Below the pieces are notes generated by a model. That model did no database searches. It worked only from the letters and a program-made list of their open reading frames with translations, and had not been told where the DNA came from. 64,000 bases of DNA from Actinomycetota bacterium. GTDB taxonomy: Bacteria > Actinomycetota > Actinomycetes > Nanopelagicales > Nanopelagicaceae. Both the position numbers and the translations under genes were made by a program. The stretch lies in assembly GCA_041161815.1 (NCBI GenBank), contig JBEATV010000002.1, positions 2,622-66,621 on the forward strand, given 5' to 3'. Every line of letters begins with the position of its first letter. Within the stretch, counting starts at the first letter, position 1. This document shows, one piece after another, positions 30,007-41,504 of the stretch.

Positions 30007-30665
30007 CGACTTTTAACCAATACAAACTCAAAGCTGGCCATAGCCGACACAAATTGACCCACATCTGCAGCTGGCACAAGAAGAGTTATTCCCATCTCGC
30101 CACCTAATTTGCTAGCTTCAAAGTCAATTCCATCGATGCCAACGTCTGCCAATATCTGTCGCGACTTTGTACTCACGTTTCCTTCTGTTATCGCAAGCTC
30201 TTGGCGTGGAAGGCCAAAAACATCGACCACATCACCAGTCTTGATTCCAAATGGAGTTCGAGAGCGCGGAAGCGCCAACGGTACTTTCTTAAAATCGGAG
30301 GCGATTGTTTCTGAGAGCGCGTACGCAGGTATGAGTTCAGATGCTCCTATAGGGCGGATGACATAACTTCCGATGATGGAGGAACGCCCGTCTAGGTAGA
30401 ACTCGGCGTTATTGGGCAATAAAACTTGAGTACGGATGATGTCATCTTCTTCCAAAATTGATCCAGGCGCTACATCTACTGCAGCGCTCCACACAGTCAC
30501 CATTCGATTAGCTGACTGGGAGATGAGATATGCAGAGATGAAAGATGCTGCTATCAAGAAACCGCCGAATATCATTCTGGCGTTGATTCGTAACCGTGCA
30601 TCGCTAAAAGACTTCTGTGCGAGGACTGGCTTCTTCTTCTTATCGTTTATATCTCTCTGGCTCAT
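30003..30665 (-). CDS. membrane-anchored SAF/CpaB-like protein
   Basis: It has an N-terminal TM helix (IFGGFLIAASFISAYLI) followed by a beta-rich domain resembling CpaB/RcpC SAF proteins. I chose the start at the ATG at 30665 (MSQRDIND). Confidence 0.5.
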   Translation of the reverse strand: MSQRDINDKKKKPVLAQKSFSDARLRINARMIFGGFLIAASFISAYLISQSANRMVTVWSAAVDVAPGSILEEDDIIRTQVLLPNNAEFYLDGRSSIIGSYVIRPIGASELIPAYALSETIASDFKKVPLALPRSRTPFGIKTGDVVDVFGLPRQELAITEGNVSTKSRQILADVGIDGIDFEASKLGGEMGITLLVPAADVGQFVSAMASFEFVLVKSR

Positions 30666-30749
30666 GGGAGATGAATACCCATACACCTGACAATCTTCGA
30701 AAGTTATCCACATATTTTCTGCACGCGAGTTATCAACAACCTCATACTT

Positions 30750-31268
30750 TTGTACGAGGCTATCGTGGCTTTTCTGAGCCAGTCTTCGCCAATGGAACTA
30801 GCGCCTCACAATCTTGCTGAGATCATCGAACAGCCCATGCTTAATCTCTTTACCAAAAGAGATCTACCCATCTACTCTCTGAGTAACAAGCTTTACCTGG
30901 TACCCACCTCTCACGGTGAGACATACGATCCAGACTTTGCTCCGAATCCTTCTCCCCTATCTGACTTACCTAATCTCGAGAGGTGGACTCTCACCTATGT
31001 TGTCAGCGTCCTAGAGGTCATGGCTGGCCGCAGATCTCCTGCACAAGTTGCGCGTTCCACCCATAGATTTACATACAACACATTGTTGAAGAGGGTTGGA
31101 ACAGTAAGTGAAGTACCCAAGATAAAGAGAATTCATCGCAATCAACCGATTGAAGGCGTAATTGAAGTGACGGTAACGCTCTCGTTTAAAGATCGCGTGC
31201 GAGCCATGGTCGCGCGCTTCGAGGGCGTCGACCGAAAGTGGCTCTGTACCGAACTAGAAATACTATGA
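30750..31268 (+). CDS. Rv3235-like conserved actinobacterial protein (function unknown)
   Basis: The core [19 protein letters not shown]...[35 protein letters not shown] resembles the Rv3235 family found next to secA. The start is uncertain (TTG at 30750 or ATG at 30792). The 3' end overlaps the secA stop by 6 nt. Confidence 0.5.
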   Translation: MYEAIVAFLSQSSPMELAPHNLAEIIEQPMLNLFTKRDLPIYSLSNKLYLVPTSHGETYDPDFAPNPSPLSDLPNLERWTLTYVVSVLEVMAGRRSPAQVARSTHRFTYNTLLKRVGTVSEVPKIKRIHRNQPIEGVIEVTVTLSFKDRVRAMVARFEGVDRKWLCTELEIL

Positions 31269-33944
31269 AGCGCCGTGGCAGCGTTTGTATTTCTTACCTG
31301 ATCCACAAGGACATGGAGCGTTACGAGAAACCTCGCCCGCGCCTGATGCGCTAGCTCTGGCAACTTCACCAGTTTCACTTGGCGCTGAATAACGAAGTTG
31401 TTGAGTTGGGGCTGCAGGAGAAACTCCCTTCGCCTCAACATGCTTATCTTCCACTTTTACTTCGACATTAAAGAGGAATCCAACCATCTCTTCTTTGATG
31501 GCATCCATCATCGCTGAGAAGAGTTCGTAACCCTCTTTCTGGTACTCAACGAGAGGATCGCGTTGGGCCATCGCACGTAATCCGATTCCCTCTTGTAGAT
31601 AATCCATTTCGTAGAGATGCTCTCTCCACTTGCGATCAAGTACTGACAAAAGAATCTTTCGCTCTAGTTCTCGCGTCACTTCGGCGCCAAGTTGAGCTTC
31701 GCGCTTCTCGTAGGCTGCAAAAACATCTTCGCTGATTCGTTGAGCAAGGAAGTCTGAATCAAGGCCCGAGCGTCCACCCACTTCACTCTCGAGCTCTTCG
31801 ACCGTAAATGAGATTGGATAGGTCGATTTCAGTACTGTCCACAATTGATCAAGATCCCACTCTTCTGGGAAACCTTCGTTGGTTGCAGCTGCAACATAGC
31901 CACGAATTGTGTCTTCCATGAATGTCGCTACTTGCTCCTTGATATCTGCGCCTTCAAGAACTTCTCGTCGTTCGAGGTAAATGACTTCACGTTGACGGTT
32001 CATGACATCGTCGTATTTAAGGACGTTCTTGCGCATTTCAAAGTTCTGAGACTCAACCTGAGTTTGTGCAGACTTGATTGCATTTGAGACCATCTTGGAT
32101 TCAATCGGCGTATCTTCTGGGATTCCGGCTGCAGTAAGGAAGCGTTCAACAAGAGCTGAATTGAATCTACGCATTAATTCATCTTGGAGTGAGAGATAGA
32201 AACGCGATTCTCCAGGATCGCCTTGGCGTCCAGAGCGACCGCGAAGCTGATTATCAATACGACGAGACTCGTGACGTTCAGTACCCAATACATAGAGCCC
32301 GCCGAGCGCTACAACTTCTTCATGGCCTTTTGCGACAGCTGCTTTCTGTTTTGCAATTTCATTTGGCCATAGGGCTTCGTACTGTTCAGCATCATCTACT
32401 GGCGAGATTCCTTGGCGTTGTAGTTCGTAATCCGCCATAAATTCAGGGTTACCACCCAACATGATGTCTGTACCGCGACCTGCCATGTTTGTAGCAACCG
32501 TGACAGCTCCGACAGTTCCTGCTCGAGCGATGATGGCTGCTTCTCTCTCGTGCTGCTTCGCATTCAAAACTTCGTGTGGAATGCCTTTGCGACGGAGCGC
32601 TTGTGACAAGACTTCGGACTTCTCGACGCTGACAGTTCCGACTAGGACTGGTTGTCCTTTGCGATGACGCTCAACGATATCGCTAGCAACAGCTTCGAAT
32701 TTTGCGTCTTCAGTCTTGTAGACCAAATCTGCTTGATCCATACGTTGCATTGTCTTGTTGGTCGGGATAGGAATAACTCCCAACTTATAGATTTGCATAA
32801 ATTCAGATGCTTCTGTCATGGCGGTACCAGTCATGCCTGACAACTTGTCGTACAGTCGGAAGTAATTCTGAAGTGTGATGGTTGCAAGTGTCTGGTTTTC
32901 GTCTTTAATTTCAACGCGCTCTTTGGCCTCGAGAGCTTGATGAAGGCCTTCGCTATAACGACGTCCTGAAAGCACGCGACCTGTGTGCTCATCGACAATA
33001 AGCAGCTCACCGTTCATGATCACATAGTCACGGTCACGCTTGAATAATTCTTTGGCCTTGAGGGCATTATTGAGATAACCGATGAGGGGCGTATTGACTG
33101 CTTCATAGAGGTTATCGATTCCGAGAATCTCTTCGACGCGCGTGACACCTGCATCGAGAATTCCCGTGTTGCGCTTCTTCTCATCAACTTCGTAATGCTC
33201 ACCGCGAACCAAGCGAGACGCAACATTCGCGAATTCAACGTACCACTTCGTTGGTTTGTCAGCCGGTCCGCTAATGATGAGAGGGGTTCGAGCCTCATCG
33301 ATGAGAATAGAGTCAACCTCATCCACAATGGCAAAGTTATGTTCGCGTTGGACGCAATCAGTCAGATTCCATGCCATGTTGTCGCGCAAGTAATCAAAAC
33401 CAAATTCATTATTTGTGCCGTAGGTGATATCCGCGGCATATTGAGTGCGACGCTCTTGGGGAGTCATCGATGCAAGGATCACACCCACTTTGAGTCCAAG
33501 GAAGCGATGTATACGTCCCATCCATTCGCTATCGCGCTCTGCTAAATAATCGTTGGTAGTAACAATGTGCACTCCCCGCCCAGTTAAGGCGTTGAGATAC
33601 GAAGGCAAGGTTGCGACCAGAGTCTTTCCTTCACCGGTGCGCATTTCTGCGATATTGCCGCGGTGCAAAGCTGCACCGCCCATAATCTGAACATCGTAAT
33701 GACGTTGTCCAAGTGTGCGCTTTGATGCTTCGCGCACTACAGCAAATGCTTCAGGGAGGATGTCGTCGAGATCTTCGCCGTTTTCCAGACGAGCCTTGAA
33801 TTTCTCGGTCATTGAGCGTAGATCGTCATCAGACATCGCAACGAAAGTAGATTCGTGAGAGTTAACTTCCTCAGCGATCTTCATGAGTTGCTTAAGAGCG
33901 CGACCTTCGCCGGCGCGAAGAATCCTGTCCAGAATTGCGACCAC
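31263..33944 (-). CDS. secA: preprotein translocase ATPase SecA
   Basis: 893 aa with Walker [10 protein letters not shown], the DEAD-like motif [19 protein letters not shown] and the C-terminal zinc finger [14 protein letters not shown]. It has a GTG start preceded by GGAAGG. Confidence 0.97.
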   Translation of the reverse strand: MVAILDRILRAGEGRALKQLMKIAEEVNSHESTFVAMSDDDLRSMTEKFKARLENGEDLDDILPEAFAVVREASKRTLGQRHYDVQIMGGAALHRGNIAEMRTGEGKTLVATLPSYLNALTGRGVHIVTTNDYLAERDSEWMGRIHRFLGLKVGVILASMTPQERRTQYAADITYGTNNEFGFDYLRDNMAWNLTDCVQREHNFAIVDEVDSILIDEARTPLIISGPADKPTKWYVEFANVASRLVRGEHYEVDEKKRNTGILDAGVTRVEEILGIDNLYEAVNTPLIGYLNNALKAKELFKRDRDYVIMNGELLIVDEHTGRVLSGRRYSEGLHQALEAKERVEIKDENQTLATITLQNYFRLYDKLSGMTGTAMTEASEFMQIYKLGVIPIPTNKTMQRMDQADLVYKTEDAKFEAVASDIVERHRKGQPVLVGTVSVEKSEVLSQALRRKGIPHEVLNAKQHEREAAIIARAGTVGAVTVATNMAGRGTDIMLGGNPEFMADYELQRQGISPVDDAEQYEALWPNEIAKQKAAVAKGHEEVVALGGLYVLGTERHESRRIDNQLRGRSGRQGDPGESRFYLSLQDELMRRFNSALVERFLTAAGIPEDTPIESKMVSNAIKSAQTQVESQNFEMRKNVLKYDDVMNRQREVIYLERREVLEGADIKEQVATFMEDTIRGYVAAATNEGFPEEWDLDQLWTVLKSTYPISFTVEELESEVGGRSGLDSDFLAQRISEDVFAAYEKREAQLGAEVTRELERKILLSVLDRKWREHLYEMDYLQEGIGLRAMAQRDPLVEYQKEGYELFSAMMDAIKEEMVGFLFNVEVKVEDKHVEAKGVSPAAPTQQLRYSAPSETGEVARASASGAGEVSRNAPCPCGSGKKYKRCHGAS

Positions 33945-33973
33945 GTATCAACCTTCCATGGGAATTGAGAGGG

Positions 33974-34717
33974 CTATCGTATTAGGAGTTGGTGGGCCGA
34001 CGCACATGCGGTAGATGCGCCTAAAACTGTCATTTTTCTCTCTCTTAGGGCCATATATGCGCTAGAAAGTGTCGCCCCCGTGGTTACGACATCATCAACG
34101 ATGATGATTGGCCTTCGCGATAGTCGATCACATTCATCCTCTGTAGCTTTCATTGCAAAAGAATCTCTGAGATTTCTCTCTCTTTCTAATGAGGTAAGGC
34201 CAGCTTGATCTCGCACTCTCTTGGTATGCACTAAGAGTTCACTCCATCCAAACAAGTGAATACCTTGATCAGAGAGTCGAGTGATTACTTTCTTGATAAT
34301 TGGATGAAGAAATGAGTGGCCTCGTCTGCGAATAGCGCGCTTGCTCGAGGGAATCGGAACAAGCAAAACTTGAGAGAGGTCAATTTCTTTCTTCCAAGCA
34401 GAGATTGAAGTGACGAGCGCTTGTGAAATGAGCTCCTGAGCAATTCGATTCTGGTCTTCCTTCGCCTTTAAGACTACGGACGAAACCGATTCTCCATACG
34501 TGACGACTGAATAAGTGGTAAATCCTCGAGTGCGTGCAATCATCGCCGCCCCCGTCCAATGATTCTGGCACTCGCCACAGATCGATTCAAACTTTTGCTG
34601 ACACATGATGCAGATCTCGGGGAAGATGAGAGTCTTAAGGCCCTGCACAATGCCTTCATTGTTCTTATTGTTCTTATTGTTCCTATTGTTCTTTTGTCTG
34701 TATTTGCTTGATTCCAT
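33974..34717 (-). CDS. comF: ComF-family phosphoribosyltransferase-like protein
   Basis: The N-terminal Cys motif is FPEICIMCQQKFESICGECQ. The C-terminal PRTase motif is IIIVDDVVTTGATL. An alternative GTG start at 34648 would exclude the Asn-rich repeat. Confidence 0.75.
   Translation of the reverse strand: MESSKYRQKNNRNNKNNKNNEGIVQGLKTLIFPEICIMCQQKFESICGECQNHWTGAAMIARTRGFTTYSVVTYGESVSSVVLKAKEDQNRIAQELISQALVTSISAWKKEIDLSQVLLVPIPSSKRAIRRRGHSFLHPIIKKVITRLSDQGIHLFGWSELLVHTKRVRDQAGLTSLERERNLRDSFAMKATEDECDRLSRRPIIIVDDVVTTGATLSSAYMALRERKMTVLGASTACASAHQLLIR
34658..34693. repeat. four tandem copies of a 9-bp unit (attgttctt; third copy attgttcct)
   Basis: The copies are at 34658-66, 34667-75, 34676-84 and 34685-93. 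If translated on the minus strand they encode NN(R/K) x4 at the comF N-terminus. Confidence 0.9.
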
Positions 34718-34762
34718 CTCTCGATTGTGATGGAACGAAACCGCCAGGTGGCTAGAGAGAAG

Positions 34763-36352
34763 CTAACTTGTGGGAATCTCCGAAAGTGGCGTTGATTCAA
34801 TTGCACTTCCATGAACTTTAGGCAGAGTCACAACAAAGTTGGAGCCCTTGTTCATCTCGCCCCAAACCTTGATTACTCCCCCATGTAGTTGGGCATCTTC
34901 TCTCGCAATTGATAAACCAAGGCCAGTCCCCCCGCGAATACGCGAACGTGAAGGATCGGCGCGCCAGAATCGATCAAAGACTCGTTCAATGTGTTGCTCA
35001 GTAAGTCCTACCCCATAGTCGCGCACTCCAATAGAGACAGCGCTCTCATTCTCTTCGACCACAACATCAATAGGTTTTCCTTCAGAGTGATCAATCGCAT
35101 TCGCTAAGAGATTTCGCATAATGCGCTCAACTCTGCGTGGGTCCGCATCGATGAGAACTGGCGTTACTGGCGCCTCAATACGCAGCATTGCATCTCGATC
35201 TTTCGAGGCGATACCTAGATCGTCTGCACATCTGCGAACCAATGTAGAAATGTCCACTTTCTCTAAAGAGAGAGTTGCTACCTCGGCATCGAATCTGCTT
35301 ACTTCAAGAAGATCGGAGAGCAAGTTCTCAAAGCGTTCAATCTGTGAGATGAGAAGTTCGGCACTTCGAGCGATTGTCGGATCAAAGTTATCGCGCGCTG
35401 AATAAATGACATCCGATGCCATTCGAATTGTCGTTAAAGGGGTTCGAAGTTCATGTGACACATCAGAGACGAATCTCTGCTGTACACGAGAAAGGTTTTC
35501 AAGTCGCGAGATCTGTTGTTCTAGGGTGTCGGCCATTTCATTGAAGGCGGTTCCTAAACGTGCAATCTCGTCCTCACCTTTGACCTCCATGCGCTTGAGT
35601 AGGTCTCCGGAAGTTAACTGCTCGGCTACTTCGGCTGCGTACTTCACCGGCTGGATTACTTGTCGCAGAACAACCGATGCAACAATCATGATTAATGTGA
35701 TGAGCAGAAGTCCTGCCCCCCACATCGAGCGTCCAATGAGGTCAATAGTTCTCTGTTGAGCATCAAAACCAAAGAGGACATACATCTCGTAATTTCCAAC
35801 GCGAGGAATGGAGACTGCTTTCCCGATAACTACGCCTGCAAGTTTTTCTCCATTGAGATACTGCAACTCAGATTTCTGCCAATGGATTTCGTCATCTGAC
35901 TGGACTTTTTTGCGCAACCCATCAGGAACAGATGTCGGTTCGAGGAAATTTGATGTCGAAACGGCAGGAATGCCTTGGGCTCTACGGTCATTTGAATTAA
36001 AGAGTGCAATTTCGCGACCTGAATCCTTTGCGCTCACATTTGTGGAGCTAACTATCTCGGAGACGAGCTCCTTGAAGTCAGTTGATCTACCCAGAGAGCC
36101 AATAATGAATCGGTAATCTGCGTACTGAATTGCAGACTCACCTTCTGAAATTGACGCCGTAATCTTCTCATCAATGATTCCAGAGGAAATACGGTTGAAA
36201 AGGTTTGAGCCAAGAAAGTAGATCAGAGTTATCGAAATGATGCCCGAGAGAGTGAAAACTTTTCGAAAGAGCGACTTTCTAAAGAAACGTGGAGTTTTCA
36301 CAGAGTAACTAGCCTCGTGAACCTGTTGCGCCTGCCTTGTAGCCAATTCCAC
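34763..36352 (-). CDS. mtrB: sensor histidine kinase MtrB
   Basis: It has two TM helices flanking an extracytoplasmic domain, a HAMP domain, the H-box VSDVSHELRTPLTTI and an HATPase domain (GTGLGLSIA). It lies downstream of mtrA. The start is uncertain: GTG at 36352 or GTG at 36301, just after the mtrA stop. Confidence 0.85.
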   Translation of the reverse strand: MELATRQAQQVHEASYSVKTPRFFRKSLFRKVFTLSGIISITLIYFLGSNLFNRISSGIIDEKITASISEGESAIQYADYRFIIGSLGRSTDFKELVSEIVSSTNVSAKDSGREIALFNSNDRRAQGIPAVSTSNFLEPTSVPDGLRKKVQSDDEIHWQKSELQYLNGEKLAGVVIGKAVSIPRVGNYEMYVLFGFDAQQRTIDLIGRSMWGAGLLLITLIMIVASVVLRQVIQPVKYAAEVAEQLTSGDLLKRMEVKGEDEIARLGTAFNEMADTLEQQISRLENLSRVQQRFVSDVSHELRTPLTTIRMASDVIYSARDNFDPTIARSAELLISQIERFENLLSDLLEVSRFDAEVATLSLEKVDISTLVRRCADDLGIASKDRDAMLRIEAPVTPVLIDADPRRVERIMRNLLANAIDHSEGKPIDVVVEENESAVSIGVRDYGVGLTEQHIERVFDRFWRADPSRSRIRGGTGLGLSIAREDAQLHGGVIKVWGEMNKGSNFVVTLPKVHGSAIESTPLSEIPTS

Positions 36353-36997
36353 GAACTGTATTGATAATCGTTGGGTTTTCAGGATCGTGCTCTATTTTCG
36401 CTCGCAAACGCTGAACATGAACATTCACTAGTCGAGTATCGGTCGAATGACGATATCCCCACACCTCACCTAGCAGCGCTTCTCTGGTAAACACACGACC
36501 TGGTTCTTTAGCTAGCGCAACTAAGAGGTCAAATTCCAAGCGAGTAAGAGGAATCTCTTTGCCACCACGTGTGACAGTGTGTTCAACAATATCGATTGCA
36601 AGATCACCAATTGTTAGGTTGCTTGATATCTCGCCACCTGCTCGACGAAGTCGAGTGCGGATTCGAGCAACGAGCTCAGAGGGTTTGAACGGCTTAACCA
36701 TGTAGTCGTCTGCGCCTGCTTCGAGTCCTCTGACAATGTCATGCGTATCGCTCTTGGCGGTCAACATGACTATGGGAACGCGCATGGATTGCTTACGGAT
36801 CTGTTTACAGACTTCAATTCCATCAAGACCAGGCAACATAATGTCTAGTAGAACTAGATCTGGTGGGTTGTTTCGAAACACATCAACCGCTTCATCTCCG
36901 CGGCTGACAAGATCTACTTCAATTCCAACTCCGTTGAGGACGATTCCAAGCATTTCGGCAAGGTCTTGATCATCATCAACGACCATCACCGATGTCA

Positions 36998-36998
<1 letters not shown>
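36309..36998 (-). CDS. mtrA: OmpR-family response regulator MtrA
   Basis: The receiver domain carries VMVVDDD...DLVLLDIMLPGLDG. The winged-helix output domain carries VHVQRLRAKIE...TVRGIGYK. Its ATG overlaps the ahcY stop (TAATG). Confidence 0.9.
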
Positions 36999-38293
<1,295 letters not shown>

Positions 38294-38319
38294 TCATAGA
38301 GCGGCAATAGAGCCCTAGT

Positions 38320-39708
38320 TTAGCCGTTTCGCATAAGGCGCAACACCAGATCTTGAACCCGAGCCAATTCGTCAAGCGTATGAGCCTCGACATTGAGCCT
38401 CAACAAAGGCTCAGTATTTGAAGGTCGAGCATTGAATGACCATGTATCAGCAGAGACAGTCAACCCATCTAATTCATCAAATGAGACTCTCTCTGAAGCA
38501 CCCGCAAAGTGAGCCTTAATTGCTGCAATTGAGGCGCTCTGGTCTTCTACTGTTGTATTGATCTCTCCACTGAGATAGTACTTGTTGTATTTCTGCAGAA
38601 GTTTCGAGAGTTCAATCTGGTTATCAAGTAGAGCTGCAATCGCATGAAGCGCTGCGAGCATTCCTGAGTCTGCACACCAGAAATCTTTGAAATAGAAATG
38701 GCCAGAGTGTTCACCACCGAAAATCGCATCATTATCAGCCATCATCTTCTTGATGTAGGAATGGCCTACGCGACTTCGTAGCGGACGCCCACCATTTGCT
38801 TCCACGATTTCTGGGACCGCTTTGGAGCAGATGAGGTTATAGATGATTGGGGCTCCAGGACTTTTTACCAATTCTCGTTCTGCAATGAGCGCAGTCAAAG
38901 CCGATGGTGAAATGAGTTCTGATTTCTCATCTACCAAGAAGCAGCGATCAGCGTCGCCATCGAAGGCTAAACCAATATCAGCTTTCTTATCGCGTACGAG
39001 TTTCTGTAGATCAACAAGGTTTTTTGCCTCGATTGGATTTGCTTCGTGATTTGGAAAAGTTCCGTCTAATTCAAAATAGATACCATCGACGACAGCATTG
39101 ATGCGCTCCATCACCGCAGGCGCTGTATGTCCACCCATACCGTTTCCTGCATCGATCGCGATGCGAATCGGTCTTCCCTGAAACTCCTTTGTAAAAGTCT
39201 TCTCTGGAAATAGCGAGAGTAAAAAGTTCACATAATCTGGAAGAAGATTTCGTGTACTTTCTTTTCCAAGTGGGCGATTCGGAATGGGAAAACCTTCGGC
39301 AATTTGCTGCTTAATCCAGAGCAATCCAGACTCTTGGCCAATCGGCTTTGCACCGCTCTTGCAGAGCTTGATTCCGTTGTAGGCGGCTGGGTTATGGCTC
39401 GCCGTGAACATTGCGCCTGGAAGGTTGAGATGACCCGATGCAAAGTAGAGTTGATCGGTAGAGGCCAGTCCAATCCGAATAACATCGAAACCTTGTGACA
39501 TCACTCCATCAGAAAATGCCGTAGCTAGCTCTGGTGATGATGGCCGCATATCTTCACCCACAACCACAGTCGCGGGCTCTCGCTCGCGTTCGATAAATCG
39601 TGCAAAAGCAATTCCTAGTGCAAAGGTGAAGTCAGGCGTAACTTCTTCATCGACCAGACCACGAATGTCGTATGCCTTGATTATCTTGTTGAGTAATTCA
39701 ATATCCAT
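38320..39708 (-). CDS. manB: phosphomannomutase/phosphoglucomutase
   Basis: The active-site serine loop is FTASHNPAAYNGIK, the Mg loop is FDGDADR and the sugar loop is GGEHSGH. I take the start at the ATG at 39708 (MDIELLNKIIKAYDIRG). Confidence 0.88.
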   Translation of the reverse strand: MDIELLNKIIKAYDIRGLVDEEVTPDFTFALGIAFARFIEREREPATVVVGEDMRPSSPELATAFSDGVMSQGFDVIRIGLASTDQLYFASGHLNLPGAMFTASHNPAAYNGIKLCKSGAKPIGQESGLLWIKQQIAEGFPIPNRPLGKESTRNLLPDYVNFLLSLFPEKTFTKEFQGRPIRIAIDAGNGMGGHTAPAVMERINAVVDGIYFELDGTFPNHEANPIEAKNLVDLQKLVRDKKADIGLAFDGDADRCFLVDEKSELISPSALTALIAERELVKSPGAPIIYNLICSKAVPEIVEANGGRPLRSRVGHSYIKKMMADNDAIFGGEHSGHFYFKDFWCADSGMLAALHAIAALLDNQIELSKLLQKYNKYYLSGEINTTVEDQSASIAAIKAHFAGASERVSFDELDGLTVSADTWSFNARPSNTEPLLRLNVEAHTLDELARVQDLVLRLMRNG

Positions 39709-39741
39709 GATTCTTTCAGATCTCAAATATCACAGTGATGA

Positions 39742-40140
39742 CTAGCTCTGATTTGGAATTGCGCGAAGGTGACCCCGTCTTCCAACTTCAGGAGTGACCG
39801 GCTTCGGCGCTAATTCCATCTTCGCAGTCTGACGAACTGCTTCTGCAATCGCCAGAACATCTTCTGGAGATGGTGCTAACTCATCAGAATCAGCTTTATG
39901 TTGGATAACAGTCCATCCTTGTGGCACAGTCAATTTCGTCGAATGATCTGCGCAGAGATCATATGAGTGTGGCTCTGCATAGGTTGAAAGTGGCCCAAGC
40001 ACGGCTGTTGAATCGGCGTAGATATAAGTCAATGTCTTCGACGCATGCGCGCTGCAACTAGATCTGGTGCAGCGTCGACCAAGAGCGCTAGGTCGATCTG
40101 CGCTGGGTCGATCGCTGCTTGAGCTCATCTTCGAAGACAT
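39742..40140 (-). CDS. DUF3499 domain-containing protein
   Basis: RRCTRSSCSAHASKTLTYIYADSTAVLGPL...YDLCADHSTKLTVPQGWTV matches the conserved actinobacterial DUF3499 pattern. It sits next to the phosphomannomutase gene, as in mycobacteria. Confidence 0.7.
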   Translation of the reverse strand: MSSKMSSSSDRPSADRPSALGRRCTRSSCSAHASKTLTYIYADSTAVLGPLSTYAEPHSYDLCADHSTKLTVPQGWTVIQHKADSDELAPSPEDVLAIAEAVRQTAKMELAPKPVTPEVGRRGHLRAIPNQS

Positions 40141-40196
40141 GGCGTGAGATTAGTCTGAAGATGACTCAATGACTTGTATTGACCTGCCAGAGTTGA

Positions 40197-41504
40197 TTAA
40201 CCGCGTGGCTGAATTACGGCCACATCAGCAATCGGCTTTGTAGCACTCTCGAGGTTTGTGCTCTGTACTACTGATAAGTGGGTAACGCCATCGCGCGAAA
40301 TCCACGATGCTCCTGCCAACGCTCCGGATCTATTCACAATCGTCATCAAACGCACCCCTGTGGGAACTTTCCAGTTAACGATCTCTTCCCCACGAATCGA
40401 TTTTGAGGAGCTTCTGCCCTGGTTGTCTCTCCATGTGATGTCGACCAAAACTCGCTCACCGACAAATGAGAGCGTTGGTTCGAGTCCATAAAGATTGAAA
40501 GAAACCGTTCCAAAACTCTGAGATGCAGAGCTCCACATAAAGTCTGAGACAGAGCCACTTCGCACTTCGGTAAAGACGGCTGCTACGACTGGCTCAGTCG
40601 ATGTGACTTTAAGGCCGAAGGTTTTGCCTCCTAAGTCAACTTCACTCAAATCTAGATCTTTCACTTCTTGTGGATTCAATGAGATGTCTCCGAATCCAAC
40701 CGGAATGAAAACTCCTTCTGGTGAAATCACTTCGACGCTGGCTGATGCATCAACTTTTCCTGTGGTCATGATTCTCAGGCTGTGTCTGACCTGACTTGAA
40801 CTTCCAAACCTGATGGGCAATGAAGGGATGGTGAGTTCTTCAGATGGTTGCGTGAGTGGAGCAACAAAATCTCCCCCAACATTGTTGAGGCCACGGACTC
40901 TCTCATCCAAGAGATAGCTTGTGACGCGACCACTTCGAGTTTCAACTTTCAAGACAATGCGATCTGCGCCAGGATCTAATGAATCGATTCGAATTACTCG
41001 CTCAGAAGAAGGTTTTACCGTCACAGGAACCGTCTGGGTCGGACCATTCTCTGAAAAACTTGTGACATCGACGATTGCATCGCTCAGTCCACTATTTATT
41101 AGTACTAATTTGGATTGGCTAGTGACATTCGCAGTTCCGCCAACAAACCAAGCGGTCCCATCATTGAGCGCACAGGTCAACGCAGCGGTCCATCTTCCTG
41201 CTCGAGTCTGAAGCCCGATTGTGTTAGAGGGATTTCCGTCAATCAGAATCGCTCCGTTATTGAGTGTCAGTGATCCAAATGAGTTCTTCCGAAGCTCTAC
41301 GTTGGGTCTAGAGACTTCTCGGATTGCCGTTGACTTGGACGGCAGTAACGCAGTCGCCTTCGCATCACCTATTGGCCCAGGACAGGTGGTAGCGGGATAG
41401 GAAAGTGTGATCTCAGTCGTAGAGGAAGTTTGTGGAAGTAGGTGTGCAACGTGCAGCACGATGATGAAAACAAGGAGCGCAATCGAAGCTCTCGTCTCTT
41501 TCAT
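40197..41504 (-). CDS. secreted or membrane-anchored beta-rich protein (DUF5719-like), function unknown
   Basis: It has an N-terminal signal anchor (ASIALLVFIIVLHVAHLL) and a long Ser/Thr/Val-rich domain. Its ATG overlaps the TGA of the upstream glycosyltransferase (ATGA). Confidence 0.5.
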   Translation of the reverse strand: MKETRASIALLVFIIVLHVAHLLPQTSSTTEITLSYPATTCPGPIGDAKATALLPSKSTAIREVSRPNVELRKNSFGSLTLNNGAILIDGNPSNTIGLQTRAGRWTAALTCALNDGTAWFVGGTANVTSQSKLVLINSGLSDAIVDVTSFSENGPTQTVPVTVKPSSERVIRIDSLDPGADRIVLKVETRSGRVTSYLLDERVRGLNNVGGDFVAPLTQPSEELTIPSLPIRFGSSSQVRHSLRIMTTGKVDASASVEVISPEGVFIPVGFGDISLNPQEVKDLDLSEVDLGGKTFGLKVTSTEPVVAAVFTEVRSGSVSDFMWSSASQSFGTVSFNLYGLEPTLSFVGERVLVDITWRDNQGRSSSKSIRGEEIVNWKVPTGVRLMTIVNRSGALAGASWISRDGVTHLSVVQSTNLESATKPIADVAVIQPRG

